A stretch of 54,803 nucleotides of DNA, filler included, from Dirinaria sp. TL-2023a (lineage: Eukaryota): the NCBI GenBank assembly GCA_051941275.1. It is 5 parts of 5 records of this genome, joined end to end, with 100 filler letters (N's around TTAATTAATTAA, not from the genome) between each part and the next. Parts side by side here need not be neighbours in the genome. Positions count along the whole stretch, not along the records: positions 43,947 to 54,803 come from JAVEBF010000900.1; 4 more parts are not named here. The stretch is one strand, 5' to 3'. The notes under the pieces are model-generated. The model was not told where the DNA came from, did not search any database, and saw nothing but the letters and a program-made list of their open reading frames with translations. Position numbers and translations under genes: made by a program. Shown here piece after piece: positions 48,625-54,803 of this stretch; positions within the stretch are counted from its first letter, which is position 1, and every line of letters starts with the position of its first letter.

Positions 48625-50991
48625 ATGGGTGTAAGCTCGTATTCCTAAACCATGCCCAACCGTGCAATTCTCCTCCACGGATACTAGCACAGCAGCTGCA
48701 CCAGATTACTGACTTTTCATTCAGCTTGCTCAGAAACTTGCTGCGAGCCAACCTCCGGGCGGGCCTTACGGAGCCCCTCAAGGAGGTCCTCCGCCACAAC
48801 TGCAGCCAGGCCAAACCCCTGCTACATATGTAGGATAAGTATAGACCGAGGAATTGGATTTACAACGCTAAAGTGTAGCAGCCTGGGCAGACTCAATATC
48901 AGGCTTATCCTGGGGCAAATGCGGTAAGATCCACCCCTCGCAACTTCCATCCCTACTGTCATGAGATTTACATTGGTTCCTGCCTTTGGTTAGCGTTATC
49001 CTCAATGCTACTGCACTTCTCTTGACGCTTGTGTGGTACTCTCCATAGAGCCCTTACTCTATTAATCATCATCCCAACTTTATCCTCTCCTTTACCTATT
49101 GATTAAGGGAAATCAAGATGCGGTCGTAGATTTGGCTTCTACGATGTCATCTCGTTAGCGATGGCTATGCTCAGCCAAAGATTGGCTCGTGCCTCGCCAC
49201 CTACTCTTTATCCACCGTCGAATGACCCAACTTCTGTGCAGCTACAAAGCGGGAAGAACGACGGCTCTTTGCCTCTCTCCTCTCAGCAGTACCTTCAGTC
49301 ATTTGCACAAAACCCTCAATAGCAAACTGCAATACCTGCTTTTGTTCGCAGCTTTGGACATTGAGTGGGACATTCTAGGGTCTTTCAACTGTGTGCTGAT
49401 GCTTTTGGGTTCAGGGACAGCCAGGACAGTATCCCCCACAGCAGCAGTACAGCCAATATAACCAGCAACAATACCATTACAATCAGCAGCAGCAGGGACA
49501 GTATCCACCTCAATCATCAAGTGGGCCTTCACCGGGCTCCAGACCCCCAGTACAGGCCAGTCCACAGCAACTCGCAGTATACAAGTCCATGTTTCAAAGC
49601 GTAATCAGAGAGAAAGGTCTGCATAGTTTTTACCAGCCCAATGACCCTAGGTTGGATCAATATGCTGCGAAAGCCGCCGCACAGGTCGAGCAATTATGTG
49701 CGCGTTGGCAAGTGCCGCTAGAGGTCGGTCAAGATGTTGCAAAATTAGCCTTGTTCGATATCATACTTTATATTGGTGAGTTCTGCAACAAATAGAAGTC
49801 AGTGTGAAAAGTTCATGTTAACTAACTGTATCAGACGATAGTGGATCCATGGTATTCGATGAGGATGGCCAGCGTGTAGATGACTTAAAAGTCATTCTTT
49901 CACGGGCTGTCAATGCAGCGATGCTCTTTGATGATGACGGTATTTCCGTTCGATTTATGAAGTGGGTTCCTGGCAAAACCAATTATGACAGGACGAAAGA
50001 CCTCAGGCTCGACAACATCAACTCAGAGGAATATCTTAACATGATTATCTCGAATGTCGAATTCTCTGGGATAACCCCACTTGGAACCAGCCTTCAGCAG
50101 AGGATATTGAAGCCTATGGTCATTGATCAGATATCTAGGAATGGGCTCAAGAAGCCAATCCTGATAATCACCATCACAGATGGCCGCCCGACTGGCGAGG
50201 AAGGGAACAATGACCGAGCACTCCATAACGCAATCAGTAGCGCTGTAGCTGCTTGTTCCCGAAGCCGATACGGTGCAGGCGCAGTGTCGTTCCAGATTGC
50301 GCAAGTGGGAAATGATAGACACGCCAGCGAATGGCTTGCCAAATTGGACAATGACCCAGAAATCGGCCATCTTATTGACTGTACATCCAGTAAGTTACGC
50401 TTCGAGAATTACCAAATATGCTCACCAACCTGTGAACCTCAGCGTACGAAAAAGAATCCCAAGAGATGGCAAAAGCGAATCCACCCGTGACACTTACTCC
50501 ACAACTCTGGGTGAGTGTACGACAGATACCTCAAGTTCTCGGCTGAATTGTTGTAGGTTTTGAAGATGTTGATGGGCGCAATCGACTCTTCCTATGACAC
50601 CGCAGACGAGCAGCGTTCTCGTCCCGCAGGTGGCTTCCAATATGGGACGGCCCCTCCCCAAGGTCAGTATGGGGGACAACAATATCAGCAAGGTTATGGT
50701 GCTCCATCTGGACAGCCCCAAGGCTATAATCAACAACAGGGCTACCCACCACAAGGACACTATCAGCAACCTCCATACCCAAACCAGCCACCGCAACAGT
50801 ATGGTTACGGACAACAACCACAGCAAGGCTATGGACGCCCTCCGCAGCAGAGTGGCTATCCACAGCAGCAAGGGAACTATTCTCAACAACCCGGTGGCTA
50901 TCCGCCCCAACAAGGCAGCTACTCCCAACAGCCAGGCGGCTATCCACCGCAACAAGGAGGCTATCCACCCCCACCTGTCCGGCAATATTGA
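48625..50991 (+). CDS. vWA-domain protein flanked by Q/P/G/Y-rich low-complexity regions (RfeF-like), multi-exon with a 6-nt first coding exon
   Basis: ATG GGT|GTAAGC...[73 protein letters not shown] repeats at both ends. Confidence 0.85.
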
Positions 50992-51946
50992 CCCCGTCAT
51001 TTTGGACTGTTCATGGTACGAGTACGAGTACCTTCAAATCGGAAATTGAGGCGCTAGGCGAAAGACTGATGGTATTGACTAAGAGAGTTATGTACAGGAG
51101 TACATGAAATTGAATAGGAGAAGAGAGCCTTAAGGCTGATCATACTTGGCCTGGAAGTCATCTTCCTATGTCTGTATCACTGGCATGCGCTTACAACGCT
51201 CGTTTTTTCTCTTTCTCCCAGTCAGACAATTCGGAGGCACCGTAAGGGTTAGGAAGGTTCAAGAAATTCTCTCCAGCCGCTACACTTCTGAAAGGAACCA
51301 CTATACTAAATTTCTATTCATTGGGTTTTGCACGCTCTCTGACAGTGTTCTTAAACGCTATAACCAGGTACTCCCTGGACTTTTAACCTGGGAACAATAG
51401 TGTGTCGCATACTTTCAATGGGCAGCATGTAATCTTCCCCTTAATTATTTGTTTATTGAACTCCAAAACATTGACAGCCTGGCGCTAAAAAAACCCGAGA
51501 ATATAGATAGGTGCTTTTTTTACTAATAAGATGGTTCACCGTCCACCACAGGACATGCATTGGCAGGCATGGGAGGAAATACGAAACAACAACAGTTCCG
51601 GTGAACTGCGCCGATCTTCGAATAAAGAAATTACCATCGGCGATCCGGCTCTCAATTGGAATACGAATTATAGACTCGTGTATGGCTCCAGGAAGGATGG
51701 GTTGTGCGTCGCCATATGCAGCCTACGGCTCGGAATCACAACCCTGTGGCACGATTGGCTGCCATTCTTTCCTCCTCGATAAGTATCCTCCAATTGTTTG
51801 AAAGCTATGGCCCGCGGGAAAAGGTACTTCCCGTCTCACCCACACTTTAGGGAAATAATTCGATTAGTTGAAAGCATGTCCAACTCACTAATTCGTACTA
51901 TCTTCACTTTACCCAATATCTCTCTAGGTTCTCTGTGCGTCCTTAT

Positions 51947-54229
51947 ATGCTGTCGATGGCACCCTCCAGTCAATTTTCGCTTTCGGTTGAGCTGACAAAG
52001 CTAATCCCTCTGGGTCCCCTTGCCAGTATCGCTGGAAAAAGTATCGTCCAGTTTATTCGCGAATTACAAGCATCTGGATCAGATATCGTAACGGAAGAGG
52101 GTCTTGCTGAGGTTTTCGGACGAAACAGAATAGATTCACGGTTCGAGAGTACTTTTCGAACTGCTGTCCGACAGTCAGCAATCCACCATGTTGCTGACAT
52201 CGCGGAGCTTGTGATCGAAGGCGGTCCAGGACCGACTGTAAGGCGAAGTCTCAAAGATCCCATCTACTTCCGAACTATCGTGCAGCTTAGCCTACTCACA
52301 TGGGCGCACGAGCTCAACCAATTCGCAAAAGCGCTAGCGCAGGCTCTGGATCGTAGAGCTACCGAGAATGGTCAGGCTGAAACACCCCCAAGACTTGATG
52401 GCCTTAAAGGTACATTGAGGGCGGTCCGCGAGCAGACTAGTGGCTTTATGTGGGAATTGATCTTCTCTGCTGTCGATGAGCAGCTAGAACCTTTGAGACG
52501 TTGCGAAACAAAGGCTCATATGAGGCTTCTGCCAGTCTCTATACTACAAGCGTTATTGGATGCTTTAACTGCTGTTCAGAACCTTCCGGAAGCTAGACTG
52601 TTAAAAATCAGAAGTATCGATGGAATTACCACGATTGTAGTCTGGGCCCACTTTTTGCTTGGGTTGACCGTCGTGGTCGAATCTCAAGATGGAGCCTCAG
52701 AACGCTTTGGCAAAGGTCCAGAATCCGTTTACGTGGACTGCGGAAATTATAATGGTTACGATGATCCTTACGCAAATGCCTCGCTATTTAATGAAACGGA
52801 TGATCTACTATTCAACATCGATCAGAGTTCTGCTGACTCCGTTTTAGCTCCCGGTGTGCGACGGCATCAACTTCTTGGTTTTAGGCTTAAGCTGGTCACC
52901 ATGAATCAGGGGAAATACGTGTTGATCCAAAGCTTGGTTCATGCAGCCATTACATCGGCGATCTCGCTCGTGAAAGAAGAACTTACCACCAACCCAGATG
53001 TCTTGCGTCGGCTCGGCAAGCATGTGTATCCTTCGAGTCAGAAAATATTAGCTGTAGCTTGTTTGCTCTTCCCCGGCTACGAGCGTGTTATTGATACAAT
53101 AAATCCAGAAGAAACGTACCCTTGCCTGGTTCGCTCAGCGTGGACGTTGGCGATCCTTCCTGAACAAGTTGTCAAGCATATCACTGAAGGAGAATGCACC
53201 CTTAAAGACTTTCGGACAGATACGCGGCGCCTAACACATATGATCCTTATGATGGCCTTAGTTCATAACATCGAAAATTGCTCTGGCCTCGCGCTTGATT
53301 ATCTCTGCGCCCCTAAACTGGAGGCTCGATTCGGGTTGATTGAGCGATCCACTTTGGGTGAAGAAGCTTATAAGGCTAAAATCTTGAAAGATTGGACGAG
53401 CCCACTACTGATGCCCACCGCATCCGAGGCTTTCGGCTCGATGTCACTCATGATGATGGGCCAAGACTTTCTAAAGCATGAGGAGGATTTGGGCACTTCA
53501 CGAATCGCAGTCATCAGCACGTGGGGCTGGACGCTGTGCACCAGCTCAATCGTGGCGAACGACCCAAGTAATCTGTATCCTGGGCTTTCTGTGTTCCAAG
53601 GTGTACCCATGCGGAAAGGCGAAAGAAGACGGCTCATATGCGACAGTGGCTTGAGAAATCCGTGGCCATATAAAGCTGAAAACAGGAGAAGGGATGAGCT
53701 GGGGAGATTCAGGGCTATCGCTGGTCCAGGCGAAACGAAAACATTGAGCACTTGGACAAGATCCAAGCAGACAAAATACTCCATCGCTACTACAGAAGAC
53801 GCGTTTGAAATTTTGAAGGTTTACCAATGCCGATCCTTTGCAGATCCGCAGAGCACGTGGGAAGTGCGAGTTGGCTTCCACGATATGCAGTCCATATACT
53901 GGAACTTCGGGCATCTGCCACCCTGCGAACATGATGCAGGACTTGATGCTGCCGTTACCCTACCCGAAAACACATGGGCATTCGAAGGCTTCACAGATGT
54001 GGAACTCGGTCCCCAAGCAGGCCAGGTCTACGTTGCTTTACTAGCCGGCGATAAGGCTGCTCGCTGGATCATGACTAAAACTCCACCCCGATACGTAGAC
54101 GAAGTTCCCAACAGTCTAGCCAACATGTCGAGTCCTATATTCCTGAGGCCCCCAGAATGCTGCTTCGAATGCGCTATCAGCATGGTCAGGAATGCAAATC
54201 TCCCTCAGGCCGTGTTACTGATCCTTTGA
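51947..54229 (+). CDS. Intronless hypothetical protein (about 760 aa), function unknown
   Basis: Long uninterrupted ORF with globular composition. N-terminal QFSLSVELTKLIP..RELQASGSDIVTEE.LAEVFGR; C-terminal C.H and CCFECA. Confidence 0.8.
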   Translation: MLSMAPSSQFSLSVELTKLIPLGPLASIAGKSIVQFIRELQASGSDIVTEEGLAEVFGRNRIDSRFESTFRTAVRQSAIHHVADIAELVIEGGPGPTVRRSLKDPIYFRTIVQLSLLTWAHELNQFAKALAQALDRRATENGQAETPPRLDGLKGTLRAVREQTSGFMWELIFSAVDEQLEPLRRCETKAHMRLLPVSILQALLDALTAVQNLPEARLLKIRSIDGITTIVVWAHFLLGLTVVVESQDGASERFGKGPESVYVDCGNYNGYDDPYANASLFNETDDLLFNIDQSSADSVLAPGVRRHQLLGFRLKLVTMNQGKYVLIQSLVHAAITSAISLVKEELTTNPDVLRRLGKHVYPSSQKILAVACLLFPGYERVIDTINPEETYPCLVRSAWTLAILPEQVVKHITEGECTLKDFRTDTRRLTHMILMMALVHNIENCSGLALDYLCAPKLEARFGLIERSTLGEEAYKAKILKDWTSPLLMPTASEAFGSMSLMMMGQDFLKHEEDLGTSRIAVISTWGWTLCTSSIVANDPSNLYPGLSVFQGVPMRKGERRRLICDSGLRNPWPYKAENRRRDELGRFRAIAGPGETKTLSTWTRSKQTKYSIATTEDAFEILKVYQCRSFADPQSTWEVRVGFHDMQSIYWNFGHLPPCEHDAGLDAAVTLPENTWAFEGFTDVELGPQAGQVYVALLAGDKAARWIMTKTPPRYVDEVPNSLANMSSPIFLRPPECCFECAISMVRNANLPQAVLLIL

Positions 54230-54803
54230 TACCCGTTGAATCCAACATCGTCTCGGTCGAATGGGAAACCCTCTTGAATTGCCGACTAATAAACGGTCCT
54301 TGATTCACAGATAGTGGAATCAACCGCTCAATCTGCGAAGGAAAACACGTTCTACAATCAGCCTCTACCATTTTACACGAGAAAAACCAACAATGCTCTT
54401 GCTGAGCAACGAAGTTATTCCATAAAGCAGAGAAGCACACCGTAGGACACTTCGACGCGACAGACAGGAACCGGTTCTCTTACGAAACCTGAAACCATCA
54501 GTCAGTCCTACTTCCGTTCTCAACAACCTCTACAGCCATATCGCACAGGGCCCTTACCAGACAAGAAACCAGTACTCATATCGCCCAGCAACACGTCGAA
54601 CCATGTCGAGCCTATAAACCTATCTAGTCCTTCTGCAACTTTTTCTCAGCGAAAACAAATTAATAACCGATAAGGATCTGTGCGACAGCGACAAAGCGGC
54701 GGGCCTCGTATAAAAAAAATGAGGGCCCGGGCGCCGGCCTCTGGCCTGGAAAACAACAAAAGTCGCTCTTAACGAAATCCAGTACTACAACAAACAAGTG
54801 GGA

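Overview
Eukaryotic DNA from a filamentous ascomycete (Pezizomycotina; short GT-AG introns with CTRAY branch sites). The window is not one locus. Four identical 100-nt spacers (N44-TTAATTAATTAA-N44) join five contigs of descending length (10923, 10897, 10867, 10859, 10857 nt), so adjacency only means something within a contig. Most genes are housekeeping: sreA, TVP15, D-amino acid oxidase, an OTU protease, thioredoxin, a LAMMER kinase, YSH1, TAF4, HIB-CoA hydrolase and VAC8. The standout is a divergent two-gene cassette at 39757-43393 that looks like amyloid-signalling immunity/cell death. It pairs a HET-S-type HeLo effector ending in FSGxxNxGxQLxxNxG with an NB-ARC/TPR NLR that begins with the same motif; the NLR's TPR array carries a +1 frameshift. 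Also notable: a probable CUG-initiated mitochondrial isoform of thioredoxin, two unusually long introns with possible regulatory content, a GNAT gene interrupted by one in-frame stop, and a secreted protein with a defensin-like 6-Cys tail. All family assignments come from motif recognition, not database searches, and splice models were read by eye.
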